A model generated the notes under the pieces. It was given only the letters and a program-made list of their open reading frames with translations. It ran no database searches and had not been told where the DNA came from. Below, piece after piece: positions 1 through 12,900 of a DNA stretch of 64,000 nt. The translations under genes and the position numbers were made by a program. Numbering within the stretch: the stretch's first letter is position 1; each line of letters begins with the position of its first letter. Source of the stretch: Macrostomum lignano (taxonomy: Eukaryota); contig NIVC01001361.1 in assembly GCA_002269645.1 (NCBI GenBank), positions 242,385 to 306,384 of the forward strand, written 5' to 3'.

Positions 1-974
1 TAATAACTAAATCTTGCTTGTCTGTTTATATAATTCAAGAAGAAGCAACTCAAGCTACAATGAAAGAATACTAGATTTAGGCAATCCTTGACCTTTTTAT
101 CAAAAACATATTTACTGTTTCAGACCCACAGAAAAAAATTAATCTTTAATATTAAAGTACTTTTAAAAAGAAAAAAAACAGGAAAAAAACTGAATATTTC
201 TCTCAGTCTTCCATTATTTTAACAAAAAGTTCTAAAAAACAATAACGTTACACTAGTGCACTACACAGCACAAAACTTATAAATTAATGATATAGGGATA
301 AATATTTTTCGTTCTTTCCTTCATTCTTCAACCGTTCTTCAAGCGAGCTACTCCCCAAGAAATATAGTTGATTAACTTAATTTCATATATACGATTTTCA
401 TACTCAAAAAATCAAATTGAGGTAAGGTAGCACGCTTTAGAAGGCAGAGAAATATAAAAGTGAAATAGATCCTGAAATAGATCTATTTGCCATTCTAACA
501 AAAAATCGGCTGTTAACTTTTAACTGCGACTAGTCAGTTTAGTATCAGCCGTCAGTCGAATTATATTCAGTTAAGTTGGCACTCGACGGCTGTGAATGAA
601 CTAAAAGCTATAATAAGTGGCTTGTAAAACAAATCAAATAAGAATAATTTACATGAGAGAATTTACTACTTTATTTTTGTTGCAAAACTGTAAAATATTC
701 CTATTAAAATTATTTTTTTAAACAAATTTTGTATAAAAAAAACATAATTTTATGTTTATTACACACAATCTCTATTCACTTTTTGTTTTAAACAAAAAAT
801 CTAAGAACAACATTTTAAACTAAAGCATATTTCATGGAAGTCTCAGGTTCATGATTTATCGAAGAAGAATCTTACCCTTGATTCCAGAAAACTGGAATTT
901 GCAATTGCACTTGCACTTTATTAGTTTGTGCAATAATATTTATACCCTGTTGCAAATAGTGTTTAATTTCAGCC

Positions 975-3900
975 ATGAATTTTCTACGCAGGGCTAGCTT
1001 TTGTTCTTTGAAGTTATTTAACAGGTAAATTTTCAATTTTGTGTAGGCCTATGTTCAAATTTTTGTTGAAAATTGTTTAAATTTTGTCAAAATATTTTAC
1101 ATCTTTTGTTATGGTTTTTTTACTTTGAAGTCTATAGCAACAACGAATGCAGGTTATTAACTATATATTATAATAATTTTAATTAAATTTTGTGTCTATC
1201 AATATCATTAAGCACAAACTAAGAATAGAGGCATTGAGAAAACCTTAACATCTTGTCTATATTTTGTTTATTAATTTACCTTTTTCTATTCAACTTCTTT
1301 TATTTTATAACAATTGTAGTCAAATCAAGTTATCTTTCAAATTTTTCTGTTAATATTACAATTACTAAAATAGAATCATTGCCATTAATTTTGGGGATAT
1401 CATTAGAGGTAGACCTTTGCTTATGTTATGGTTAATTTGATAAAAGGATTTTCTAGCTTTGAACCTAATTTTATAAGTGTATTTTAAGTTCCAAATATGC
1501 AGTTAGAAACTATGAAAATTATTAAATATACTAATTGTTCTCCAAGTTCTCCAATAAAAACAATTCTATTTTTTAGATTATTTATTAAATAACAAAGATT
1601 AATCTTTTTTATCTAGTTTTATTAATAATAAATATTTTTTTAAATTTATTACCTAATGAAGTGTTTTATTTCATTTATGGTCCTTTATGTATTATAATTT
1701 TATATTATCTATCTAAAAAGTATTTGCATTGTATAAATAAATAGAAATTAGATAATATAATATCCAATTTTTCAAGATTTTTGAGACTCAAGATCTATAC
1801 TTTTGAGATGATCAAGATTCAATTAAGATTTAAGATTAACCCTAATTTGCATCTAATAGGCCTATTTATACTTTTATCTATCAATGACAATATTAATATA
1901 GTTACTTGTTAAATCAAATTTATATAATAATAATGGAAAAAACAATGATTATTTAATATTTGAGATTATTAATAACTTGATATATATCAAATATAAGTAT
2001 GATAACATTGGTAAGTTTGCTTCCAGTTTGTTTTGCAAATTTATTTTTAAGTTTGCATCGATACCAAACCATAATGTCTATGAGTATGAGCACTAGAAAG
2101 AGCAGTTTATAGAGAAGTAAATGGAGGGATTATGGAGCAATAGCTAGAGTAGTAGATAGGGCAATAAAAGTAGCAATAGATGAAGCAGTAAATAGAACAA
2201 TAGATAATATGGTATTAGAAATGGTATTAGAGTTTATCATATTTCTTATCCTTTTTGGCCATAGACATCATTTTCTACCATGGCACATTGGCACTATGTT
2301 TTAGTACCAATTTAAACTTAAAAATAATATTAGGAAACAGATTGGAAAATATCCATAACCACATAATATCACATTTAAAAATAGTCATATAATCACAAAT
2401 CTAGACTTTTTAAGATCTCAAAACAGAGATTAAGATTAAAAAAGTGCCAAGATCTTCATAATCTTGACAAAATAAAATATAATAATATTACTGGATTAAA
2501 ATTCATTATTCTAACTCTTATATCATTTAAACATTAAAAATAAAACATATCTTACATTTATATTTTTGGTAGGTTTTGTCTTTTATCAAGTTATTAAAAT
2601 TGATATTACATATAAAAAATGTTAGATTTTTAATTAATACTGAAAAAAGTTAACTTTAAGTTTTCTTTTTCTTCTATGATTCCACAATAGCTATAGATAT
2701 GACTACAGAAAGTTATAGATAAAAAGATTTATAACCAGAATATACAAATATGGATATAGTCATAAAAATGTCTAGTTCCTATATTTGTTAATATTAGGCT
2801 AACCACTTCACAATATATACTAAATTAGTAACTAAAACTTAAATGACTTAAGTTTTAATCCTATATGCACATTGTATAATTGAAGTGCTAGGGCAGGGAC
2901 TAAAGTTAAGATAAATGTTTTTTGCTTTCAATGCAAAAGGTATAAGGAGGCTCTTATGACTTAAAGTTCTTGGTGTTAAAGACTTAAGCAATAAATTCTA
3001 TATACGACATATATATTGTGTGGATTAGATAGTATTGGCTAAAATTAAGATTTATACAATTCTAGATTTTCTTTTTATGCAATAAATAAGTGCAGCTTAT
3101 TAATGAATGATGACCTTCAAAAATCCTTTTTATGTTCACTTTTAATAGTTTTTTGTTGATTTCAACTAACTATAGTATATGATTGGTGTTACAATCTATT
3201 TTTTTCAACTATAGACAGCTACATAGCAGTCCAGCTCTCTCAGGTTTCTTCACTGGTATGAGTGGAGCAAAAAATGAGATTGGTGCCCAGAGCAACAGAT
3301 TGTCTGATGGTAATGAGATCTTCGAGATTCAAAGTAAGAAATAAGAAATTACTGTTTCTCAATTTTCTTTAATAAAAATTCCTAAAAAAAGTTTTATTCA
3401 ATCTGTCTTTTCAATTCCAATTTCAGTACATCTTGTTAGGCCTCATTTTATGCAGACTTATTTGGAAGAGACGTGAGTTTATTTAAGCTATCATGCTTAT
3501 AGTAAACCATTTTATCTAATTTCTACCTTATTAAAATCTTCAGCAAACGATTTCTGGATCTGTTTGACCAGAAAGACTCTGGAGCCGAGCTGATCGGTTC
3601 ATTCACCTGCGAGATTGGGGCGCAAGATGAGGCGCTGCATATCTGGCGATTCAAGGGCGGCTACCAGGTATTTTATGTAGAAGGCTCACTCCCAGCCCTG
3701 GATTGAATGCAAGGGTCACTCCTAGCTATAGAATGAATGCAAGGGTCACTCCCAGCCCTGGATTGAATGCAAGGGTCACTCCCAGCTCTAAAATGAATGC
3801 AAAGGTCACTCCCAGCTCTAAAATGAATGCAGGGGTCACTCCCAGCTCTAGAATGAATGCAAGGGTCACTCCCAGCTCTAAAATGAATGCAAAGGTCACT

Positions 3901-6900
3901 CCCAGCTCTAGAATGAATGCAGGGGTCACTCCCAGCTCTAAAATGAATGCAAGGGTCACTCCCAGCCCTGGGTTGAATGCAAGGGTCACTCCCAGTCCTG
4001 GATTGAATGTAAGGGTCACTCCCAGTCCTGGATTGAATGCGGGGGTCACTCCCAGTCCTGGATTGAATGCAAGGGTCACTCCCAGCTCTAGAATGAATGC
4101 AGGGGTCACTCCCAGCTCTAGAATGAATGCAAGGGTCACTCCCAGCTCTAAAATGAATGCAAGGGTCACTCCCAGCCCTGGGTTGAATGCAAGGGTCATT
4201 CCCAGCTCTGGGATGAATGCAAGGGTCACTCCCAGCTCTGGGATGAATGCAAGGGTCACTCCCAGCCCTGGATTGAATGCAAGGGTCACTCCCAGCTCTA
4301 GAATGAATGCAAGGGTCACTCCCAGCCCTGGGTTGAATGCAAGGGTCATTCCCAGCTCTGGGATGAATGCAAGGGTCACTCCCAGCTCTGGGATGAATGC
4401 AAGGGTCACTCCCAGCCCTGGATTGAATGCAAGGGTCACTCCCAGCTCTAGAATGAATGCAAGGGTCACTCCCAGCTCTAAAATGAATGCAAAGGTCACT
4501 ACAGCTCTGGGATGAATGCAAGGGTCACTCCCAGCCCTGGGTTGAATGCAAGGGTCACTCCCAGTCCTGGATTGAATGCAAGGGTCACTCCCAGTCCTGG
4601 ATTGAATGCAAGGGTCACTCCCAGTCCTGGATGAATGCAAGGGTCACTCCCAGCTCTAGAATGAATGCAGGGGTCACTCCCAGCTCTAAAATGAATGCAA
4701 GGGTCACTCCCAGCTCTAAAATGAATGCAAGGGTCACTCCCAGCTCTGGATTGAAAGCAAGGGTCACTCCCAGCTCTAGAATGAATGCAAGGGTCACTCC
4801 CAGCTTTAGGATAAATACAAGGGTCACTCCTAGCCTCACTCTGGGATGAATGCAAGGGTCACTCCCAGATTTAGGATAAATTCAAGGGTCACTCCTAGCC
4901 TCACTCTGGGATGAATGCAAGGGTCACTCCCAGATTTAGGATAAATTCAAGGGTCACTCCTAGCCTCACTCTGGGGTGAATGCAAGGGTCACTCCTTACG
5001 TGCTAACCTTCTTACCTTAGTTAACTAAAAGTTTATCAGCTGGGTTAATCGCTGAACATCATTATAAGCATCAGTTGCCAACGGAACCGCCGCAGGCCTA
5101 CCAGAAGCACTACCACCTGTACCGGTCCGACCCCGAGCTGCTCAGCTATCGACAGAAGCGCAACGAAATGCTGCGCTCCCGGCGCAATCAAATCTGCTTG
5201 AAGTTCACCTTCTGGCCGGAGGTGGAGCCGCGCAATGGCGAGCACATCTACGAGCTGAGGAGCTACAATCTGCGTCCGGGTGAGCTAGGAGTAATGCATT
5301 TTGGAAATCTCACTCTGAATTTTGGAAATCTCACTCTGAATTTTGGAAATCTCACTCTGAATTTTGGAAATCTCACTCTGAATTTTGGAAATCTCACTCT
5401 GAATTTTGGAAATCTCACTCTGAATTTTGGAAATCTCACTCTGAATTTTGGAAATCTCACTCTGAATTTTGGAAATCTCACTCTGAATTTTGGAAATCTC
5501 ACTTTGAATTTCGGAAATCTCACTTTAGATTTTGAAAATCTCACTTTGAATTTCGGAAATCTCACTTTAGATTTTGAAAATCTCACTTTGAATTTCGGAA
5601 ATCTCACTTCAAATTTTGAAGATCTCACTTTGAATTTTGAGGATCTCACTCTGATGTATGAAAATCTCACTCTGATGTATGAAAATCTCACTCTGATGTA
5701 TGAAAATCTCACTCTGATGTATGAAAATCTCACTCTGATGTATGAAAATCTCACTCTGATGTATGAAAATCTCACTATAAAATTTCGAAAACCTCACTCT
5801 GTAATCTAAAATCGTATTCTTGTATTTTTGGAAGTCCTACTCTGTGTTGGAAATTTCTACTCAACATTTGGGAATCCTCCGCTTAGAAAGTGCAAAGCTT
5901 CGAGAGTATGAAGCAAAATGAATTTTTTTCTTAATGAGTTACCCACTCTTCAAAGCTTTCAATGGGGTGCTTTCATATCCCCGGCACTTCATATCTCAGA
6001 CACTTCATATCCCCGACACTTCATATCTCCGGCACTTCACATCTCAGGCACTTCACATCTCAGACACTTCATATCCCCGACACTTCATATCTCCGACACT
6101 TCATATCCCCGACACTTCATATCCCCGACACTTCATATCCCCGACACTTCATATCTCAGGCACTTCATATCCCGACACTTCATATCCCCGACACTTCATA
6201 TCCCCGACACTTCATATCCCCGACACTTCATATCCCCGACACTTCATATCCCCGACACTTCATATCCCCGACACTTCATATCCCCGACACTTCATATCTC
6301 CCGCACTTCACATCTCAGGCACTTCATATCCCCGACACTTCATATCTCCCGCACTTCACATCTCAGGCACTTCATATCTCCGACACTTCATATCTCCGAC
6401 ACTTCATATCCCCGACACTTCATATCCCCGACACTTCATATCCCCGACACTTCATATCTCCCGCACTTCACATCTCAGGCACTTCATATCCCCGACACTT
6501 CATATCTCCCGCACTTCACATCTCAGGCACTTCATATCTCCGACACTTCATATCTCAGACACTTCATATCTCAGACACTTCATATCCCCGACACTTCATA
6601 TCCCCGACACTTCATATCTCAGACACTTCATATCTCAGACACTTCACATCTCAGGCACTTCATATTTCCGACACTTCACATCTCAGGCACTTCATATCTC
6701 CGACACTTCATATCCCCGACACTTCATATCCCCGACACTTCATATCCCCGACACTTCATATCTCAGACACTTCATATATCCGACACTTCATATCTCCGTT
6801 AGGGTTAGAGTTAATCTGGTCAGAGATATGAAGTGTCGGAGATATGAAAATTCAGAAAAGAAAGCACTTTAACTTGTACTTTATTCGCATCGCAGGCAAT

Positions 6901-7167
6901 CTGCTAGAGTGGGGCAACTACTGGGCGCACGGCCTGCGCTGCCGCCGCAGCGACGATGAGGCCGTCTGCGGCCTGTTCTCCCACATCGGCGATCTGCACC
7001 AGGTGCACCACCTGTGGTGCTACAAAGACTTGGTGCACCGCAACGAGGTCCGCGACATGGCCTGGCACAAGCCGGAATGGGCCGAGACTGTTCGCAAAAC
7101 TGTCAGCCTGATTGACACCATGAGCTGCCGGGTGCTCAAGCCTACGCCATTTAGCCCGCTCCAGTAG
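975..7167 (+). CDS. NIPSNAP: NIPSNAP-family mitochondrial protein (NIPSNAP1/2-like), 6 exons
   Basis: Hand-spliced exons 975-1024, 3215-3333, 3427-3472, 3544-3667, 5096-5279, 6896-7167; all GT-AG with matching phases. Product MNFLRRASFCSLKLFNRQLHSS...ELIGSFTCEIGAQDEALHIWRFKGGY...RNEMLRSRRNQ...IYELRSYNLRPGNLLEWGNYW...FSHIGDLHQVHHLWCYKDL...PFSPLQ matches the two-NIPSNAP-domain pattern and SPLQ terminus. The N-terminus resembles a mitochondrial presequence. Exon 1 is less certain than exons 2-6. Confidence 0.95.
3684..4995 (+). repeat. 30-bp minisatellite (CACTCCCAGCTCTAGAATGAATGCAAGGGT) in NIPSNAP intron 4
   Basis: Direct tandem units visible; the 10-aa periodicity of the overlapping ORFs is an artefact; the last ~190 bp form a longer composite unit. 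Confidence 0.97.
5298..5800 (+). repeat. 21-bp minisatellite (ATTTTGGAAATCTCACTCTGA) in NIPSNAP intron 5
   Basis: Tandem units starting ~18 bp after the donor at 5280; unit variants are spatially clustered (TTTTGGAA first, later TGTATGAA). Confidence 0.97.
5972..6798 (+). repeat. 16-bp minisatellite (CTTCATATCCCCGACA) in NIPSNAP intron 5
   Basis: Tandem units; followed by a GTTAGGGTTAGAGTTA spacer and an inverted copy of the unit at 6823-6848. Confidence 0.97.
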
Positions 7168-7380
7168 GCCGCGGAACTGCAAGCTGTGTACTTTTTTAAT
7201 AATCTGTCCCGTTTTGGTTGCTTAGCTGTAATCGATAGACCAGATCGGTACTATTTCAAGCGATCGCTGAATTATGGGATGAACTATTGATAGTTTGATT
7301 ATTAATTAATTGATACATTGATTAACTGATGGGGTGCTCTATTAATAGCTTCTGAATTTGAGTTGTTGATTACTTTAACC

Positions 7381-7940
7381 ATTGATGAGCTGATGCATCA
7401 ATCATTTAAGTCTTTGATGAGTTGATCCATTGATCAGTTGATGCATCAATCATTTAAGTCTTTGATGAGTTGATCCATTGATCAGTTGATGCATCAATCA
7501 TTTAAGTTATTGATCAGTTGATGCATCAATCATTTAAGTTATTGATCAGTTGGTGCATCAATCATTTGAGTTATTGATCAGTTGATGCATCAATCATTTA
7601 AGTTATTGATCAGTTGGTGCATCAATCATTTGAGTTATTGATCAGTTGATGCATAAATCATTTAAGTTATTGATCAGTTGATGCATCAATCATTTGAGTT
7701 ACTAATCAGTTGATGCATCAATCATTTGAGTTACTGATCAGTTGATGCATAAATCATTTAAGTTATTGATCAGTTGATGCATCAATCATTTGAGTTACTA
7801 ATCAGTTGATGCATCAATCATTTGAGTTACTAATCAGTTGATGCATCAATCATTTGAGTTACTGATCAGTTGATGCATCAATCATTTGAGTTATTGATCA
7901 GTTGATGCATAAATCATTTGAGTTGTTGATCAGTTGATCT
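7381..7940. repeat. 32-bp minisatellite with internal palindromes (TGATCAGTTGATGCATCAATCATTTAAGTTAT)
   Basis: Tandem units downstream of the NIPSNAP stop; each carries TGATCA and TTGATGCATCAA palindromes. Confidence 0.93.
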
Positions 7941-8994
7941 ATTAATTTGGCTAATCACTGATTGGCTGACCTTGTCTACTCTATCTGGATGTACTCGTAT
8001 TTGCTAAAAAATTAATGGTTGCTATGCACAAAAAATGAAAATGTTCAGCTCCCTAAAAATGTTTGCTAAACTTGCTTAATTTATCGCTCTTTCTCTGCTG
8101 TGTGCGCACGTGCTCAGCATTGATTTGCGTTCATGTTTGTGTGTGCGCTGATACGGTTACCAGGTTCATTATGATTGCCTGTAATGCCCAAATTCATCAA
8201 TAGCTTTTTGTCTGTTTTGTAGTAAGCTTAACTGATGTTTACTGATCAGTTTTGCCTGAAAAAAATAGTAGCGAATATTGCATGCTTTGCACAATCGAAA
8301 AAGTTTTTAAAGCTTTGCATTATGTTCATGCTACTACTTAGCTTTGATTAGATAGTAGTATCTTCCATTTGTAGTTTCAAGAAAATTTATTTTTCAGGCA
8401 AAACGCGCTATACAAGGTTTTTGCGTAGCTTCTAAAGTACAACTAATTATTATTTAGTCTACCAACTCGAGTACTTTATATATATTTTTAAATATATTAT
8501 TGTTATTTCCTATATTTTCAGCGTCGGTGACATTCTGCTCCGACCGCGGGTCCCCGCAGTTGGACCCCTCCAAGGGTGGCCTTAGTAAATGCGCACACTG
8601 AGTATTGCTTATCCCTTTATTAGTAGTATAGATAAAAGAAGTAGCATTGTCATTGAAATATATGCAACAGGAACATGAAAATATGAGTGTTTTCGAAACC
8701 ATGTCGCGTGCCGAGCTCGTTACCTTTTTCTGCGCGAGCACAGGCTGTTCAGGCCAACCGGAAATGACCAGAAAATACGGAAATTGGCTGCTTCTTGTCT
8801 GACTCTCGATTTCTCGAACCGGCTTGAGTAGAGTGCTATTGCTCAGTTCTGATAGCAATGTTCTTTTTCTATATATCACGGATATGCCTGCTTTGTACAT
8901 ACATGTGCTAGCTAAGTAAATTGCAGTTATATTTTGCTTAACCAATTTTAGTTAAACCCAGAGTGCAGTGAAGTGCTCCATTTCTTTGTACCTG

Positions 8995-9258
8995 CCATCT
9001 TCCCCAGTTTCTGGGCCAGCCTCCCAGATCCCCAGTTTCTGGGCCAGCCTCCCACATTCTCAGTTGCTGGGCCAGCCTCCCAGATCTCCAGTTGCTGGAC
9101 CACCCAGATCCTCAATTGCTGGGCCAGCCTCCCAGATCCTCAGTTGCTGGGCCACCCTCCCAGATCCTCAGTTGCTGGGCCAGCCTCCCAGATCCTCAGC
9201 TGCTGGGCCAGCCTCCCAGATCCTCAGTTGCTGGGCCATTCTCCCAGATCCTCAGTTG
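8995..9258 (+). repeat. 28-bp minisatellite (GGGCCAGCCTCCCAGATCCTCAGTTGCT)
   Basis: About 9 tandem, partly degenerate units. Confidence 0.92.
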
Positions 9259-9574
9259 CCGAGACGCCATCCTCTTAACGTGCCAGAGTTCAACATGCAG
9301 GTTTAGTGGAATCTTGCACTAAAAGTATCTGTTTAGCCTGTTAATACGATTAGATTTATTTATTAATATAAATTTAGAACAAAAACTCAGGCATAATCAT
9401 AATTTAGTTCCGCAGGATGCCCAACACAAACAATCCTGTCTGTTCCAGTATTTGCCTAAGCGGAAGAGTCAAAGACTGCATATATGGCTTCTCTCTGTCA
9501 GCTTCCTGTGCCCCACAGCTCGCTAGCAGAAGCATGGGGACTGTGGTCTGTATGATGTAGTCAGTGCCAGTCTA

Positions 9575-9960
9575 TCAGTTTGCAGTTATAGCTCGCATCT
9601 GTCTTGGGTTGCACAGAATCATTTTCTCTCGCTCATTCACACGATATGAGTCACGAGAGGCCGCACCCGCGTGGACACTAGCTGCTGCAGCGGTATTCAT
9701 TCGCGCTAACTTCTGCTTTTCTTCTTTTTCTATAGCTACATCTATGAAAAAGTCGAGAGACAGCTGTCCGTCTGACCCGGCTCCGGCCGTGGGGTTTCTT
9801 CCGCTAATTTTTTCTCTCCTTTTTTCGAGGAACCCGGCTTTGAACGAAAGGAAATGATTTTCTCTTTTTTTCATTTCTGCAGCCATCCTGCGCCAGTTTT
9901 CTTCCAGTGTGCGCGAGTGTGCGTGTCGCAGTCGCTGGAACTGCCGATTTGTAAATACTT
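9575..9960 (-). CDS. Candidate terminal coding exon of an unidentified minus-strand gene
   Basis: Acceptor TTTTTATGCAG at 9961-9971, then an open frame (VFTNRQFQRLRHAHSRTLEENWRRMAAEMKKRENHFLSFKAGFLEKRREK...AITAN*); AATAAATAAA on the minus strand at ~9355-9364. No family recognised and no upstream exon linked. Confidence 0.3.
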
Positions 9961-12900
9961 CTGCATAAAAACTGCAGGTGGGATGAAGAAATCGGTTTTG
10001 GTCTGGTCAGTAGGGTTCTGGTTCAGCCTATCGGATAGGCTTGCTTCTTCCAGACCGGACAGATTAGCGAAGAAATGTCTAAATAAATATTTCCCTGCAT
10101 CCCACTGTGTCTGAGGATTCGGAGCGGAATGGGAAAACTAAATAAAATGTAGGAAACCAATGTTCTTGTGTAATGCAGCAACTGCGTGGCCTGTACTTGG
10201 GGAAAGAAATGCAATTCCGGTGGCCTCTGTTTTTTTCAAGGAAAATCTAGTCTGTGGCAGAGAATTTGCATCTGAGAGTGATTTGCTTTGCCCGGACTAG
10301 AGGACTGGATTATAGGGTTAGTTTTTAAGTCTTCCATATATTGTCACGCTTCAACAGCGAAGACATGTAGGGTAGTTTCTGGTTTTACATTTTTCTTGCT
10401 CAACAAAAGCGGGGTTGGTGTGTGTCTGAACTAATTTTAGAAATTCTAATCCTGACCTTAACTGTTTAAATTGTACACTGGGTACCTTGCTGATTAGCAC
10501 TATAGTATTTTGACCTAATAGCGTCAGGCGTAAGTCATTTTTGTCAGAGCAGAAACTGTTGCAGTTTAATTTTTTTGTGCAGACAAAGTTTTTTCCGCGC
10601 GTTCTCTCGTAAGCCAAAATTACCCTGAAAAGTGCACGAAAGCAATTTAGGAGCTCTGCCATGCAGAGTATTAGGACGAGATACTTTAAACTGTTCCGTT
10701 TTGCAATTACCGTCCGTTCATCCGTCCGTCCGTTGAGTTGGTAGAAGGATTAAAATGCGAAAAAAGTGATGCGCAACCCTGTTCTGTTGTAGCTGCTGGC
10801 ACTTCTGTCGGGTTCCATTAATAACTTTCGATTGACCTCTGCATGCAAACTTACGTATTTCAGCAACTTCTCACATCCCATCCGATTATGTAAAGTCTAC
10901 AGACTTGATCTCTTGAACAGATTTGTAGCCTCCTCCCCCATTTAGTGCAGTTTTTAGGCGTTCAAATGCAAAATTGAGGAGGGAAGGTAATTGAAAGGAC
11001 ATTTTTAAACCTTGCGTCATTTTACTACGTGTACTAACAGACCAGAGCGATTTGCTGCGGTATCTTCAAAATACCAATGCTCACTTTATTGATGTCTAAA
11101 ATATTTTATACATCAGAGCAGATTGGTGTCACGCTGTGAGTATTTTAAATCGGACAAAATATCCGCATGCTGCGTGGATGGCATTTAAGCGACAAACTTC
11201 AAAGCGACGCATATGACATCCTCATCCAGGTATAGGTTAACTCAGGGATTTTTTATGCTTTAAGTTTTGTGGTTCCTAAACAATAATTAATGACTGCCAA
11301 TGGCATTCAACTTCATTTTCAGGTCTCTTAAAACAGCTGATTTAAAGGGTCGACAGCAGTTTCTGGCTGGCAGTCACCAGACTATCAAGAGCAGTCTGGA
11401 TTCAGAATCACTGACCTTCAAGCGGAATTTGCCAGAAAATATTGTTTAATTGATAAGATCCATTGAACTATGGAAACCTCTTTAAGTCTTTATTTCGCCA
11501 GATTTCCGCCGTATTTAGCACAAGGAAGGGTCACATATGATCGCTGTACTGGCGTTCTTGTGTGAGCCGCCATTTTGACGCCACTGCGTGTATGTAACGC
11601 CGATTTTATCGTCTGTCCATGACAATACGGCGTCATTTCAGCGAAACTTTTCTACTCCGTCAATATTCGATCGTACCGCAAATTTGGCGATAGTTCCGGT
11701 CGACCCTTGCTCCGTTTTTATCGGTAGAGTCTCGGTGCTTCCGTACCCATTCGAAATTGTTTTTAAACAAAGTGGACGAGCATTCCACATACCGTAACGT
11801 TATAGTTGTAGAGTTTTCATCTCTGTCAGCCATGAATTGATCTCTACAGTGCCAGAGCTTCCCGTTTATTTCGGCTTCAACTGCAGAAAGCCGTATATTT
11901 TTTTTCAAAATTCACTTGAAACTTGTAGAGTTTGAGTGTGGAGTTTGAGTTTGAACTTAAACCTTCAAAATTAGTTCTGATGCAGAAAACATTTTTATTT
12001 CTTGTCCTGATTTGAAGTATTTATTCTGTTTCCTTAAAGTAGGGTCGACAAACTTCGACCCGCGAAGCCTCTCTTAAGAGCCTTGGGTCCTTTGCAACTT
12101 CACAATAGCCATCCAGCCCGGCCCGCTTGATGTTTGTCTTGATCCTGTCTCCATTCTCTTCTTTTCTATTATCTCTCATCCCATCTATCCTCTCATCTCC
12201 TCTCTCGCCTACTCCCTCTAGTTCTCTTCTCTATTCCCACTCCTTTCCTTTCGTCTGGCCCGCAGCTATGAGCTATTGATTCTTTATCTGGCACTTAAGG
12301 TAAAAAAAATTGCCAACCCTGGGCCTAAGAGAGTCATGTCGGACATTAGACCGGCTTTTCAGGTCTTGAATAGAGCTCTCAGGTCTCATCTTTATTCTTA
12401 GGCTTTATTTGTTAGGGAGCTCCGTTTTGGTCAGAGAAGTCATTGCGATTCGGACCACTTAATCCTCTTTCGAATAGCTTCGGCAGCTACTATATATTGA
12501 CTACAGGGCTCTTGGCAAGAAATTTTGCTTGTCTGTTGGCTATTTTTTATTAGAGGCAGGGGGTTGTGTGCACCCTGGCGCACTTTAAGCGACATAGGCA
12601 CACAACCGGCGAGAGGCATTACTCCCCATTCACTTTTATTCTGTTATGCATTTTTGTCCCAATTTTGGGAACAGGGAAACGTATTTCTACTTGAGCCTAT
12701 TTTTGAAAACATGAGACATCAAATAGCTTTTCTATACACTAGCTAATGTCTTCCATAGGACATGAGTTTCTAAAATCTCATGACATCCGGGATCCCGTAG
12801 GTCAGAAGAAAAGACCAAACGCTGGGATTGTAATACCTATAGCCCGTTAGTTGTTCATGCACACCCGTTGAAGTAGTGTAATATCTGTTGATTAATTAGG

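Noticed and set aside
962-974. AG acceptor just before the NIPSNAP ATG as a spliced-leader trans-splice site
   Set aside because: Cannot be distinguished from a 5' UTR cis-intron without transcript data.
1025-3214. AT-rich NIPSNAP intron 1 as a decayed LTR retrotransposon or alternative-genetic-code gene (e.g. DIPKINGNDSILVIV on the minus strand near 1390)
   Set aside because: Motif resemblance is short, stop-riddled and in the wrong domain order; neighbouring genes use the standard code.
3673-6872. Long repetitive ORFs in NIPSNAP introns
   Set aside because: Splice junctions that restore the NIPSNAP homology exclude them.
12040-12321. Possible hAT MITE (TAGGGTCGACAA ... TTGCCAACCCTG)
   Set aside because: TIRs match poorly and there is no 8-bp TSD.
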